From NCBI GenBank assembly GCA_900314225.1, contig OMUM01000080.1, forward strand, positions 1 to 33,420: a stretch of DNA of 33,420 nt. Reading direction: 5' to 3'. The DNA is from an uncultured bacterium. GTDB lineage: Bacteria; Bacillota_I; Bacilli_A; RF39; UBA660. The notes under the pieces were generated by a model, which worked only from the letters and a program-made list of their open reading frames with translations, did not search any database and had not been told where the DNA came from. The position numbers and the translations under genes were made by a program. This document shows, piece after piece, positions 33,279-33,420 of the stretch; within the stretch, counting starts at the first letter, position 1, and each line of letters starts with the position of its first letter.

Positions 33279-33420
33279 TGAATAATAAAGGTTTTACATT
33301 GGTTGAGATTTTAGCTACGATTGCAATTTTAGGAATACTTTCTGGGATTGTTATTGGAGGAGTACAGAAATATATTGAGAAATCAAGACAACAGGCATAT
33401 GATACTTTAGCAAGTAGTTC
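33279..33420 (+). CDS. Third pilin paralog, 5' partial (runs off the window)
   Basis: 142 nt differ from the same segment of the 32121 gene at one position. It has its own AGGAG SD. Confidence 0.8.
33279..33420 (+). repeat. Conserved pilin 5' cassette, copy 3 (truncated by the window edge)
   Basis: See copy 1. Confidence 0.9.

Noticed and set aside
1-33420. Translation table 4 (TGA = Trp) for the whole window, given the extreme AT content
   Set aside because: Several well-supported genes terminate at TGA at their expected lengths (hemW at 1900-1902, the response regulator at 11553-11555, the 6568 and 7237 genes). No gene needs TGA read-through except the decayed ORF at 17954.

Overview
Very AT-rich (by eye about one quarter G+C), gene-dense chromosomal segment, almost entirely on the plus strand, from a low-GC Bacillota-type bacterium. 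The standard genetic code applies, because several well-supported genes end in TGA. The tkt-sirA-yneF order and the ylbJ/ylbL-like pair suggest a Bacilli/Erysipelotrichia-like organism, but the window alone cannot show this. Most of the window is housekeeping. It includes hemW, an HD hydrolase, tmk, a YlbL-type PDZ/Lon peptidase, an OmpR/HisKA two-component pair, a YitT-family protein and two tandem PlsC-type acyltransferases. It also includes an alpha/beta hydrolase, a DUF1003 protein, a lipoprotein, three tRNAs, a pseudouridine synthase, a Maa-type acetyltransferase, a Ca-type P-type ATPase, tkt, yneF and uvrC. Three things stand out. (1) Type IV pilus/Com-like parts are split over two loci. 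One locus is an isolated PilB/GspE-type ATPase with a ~268-aa low-complexity C-terminal tail, divergent from two pseudopilin genes (3.8-7.2 kb). The other is a tandem array of at least three pilin genes after uvrC (31.1 kb to the window end). These pilin genes share a nearly nucleotide-identical 180-nt 5' end, and the two complete copies carry unrelated C-terminal modules (the third is cut off by the window edge). No platform protein or prepilin peptidase is present in the window. (2) A tRNA-flanked islet (17.3-20.2 kb) holds two decayed genes and a cytoplasmic protein built from about 29 G-[YF]-[DN]-x-x pentads in four super-repeats. I cannot assign this protein to a family. (3) A 380-nt leader upstream of the two-component operon contains a duplicated 39-nt box and three GGAGG-ATG motifs. 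No CRISPR array, rRNA, transposase or integrase was seen.
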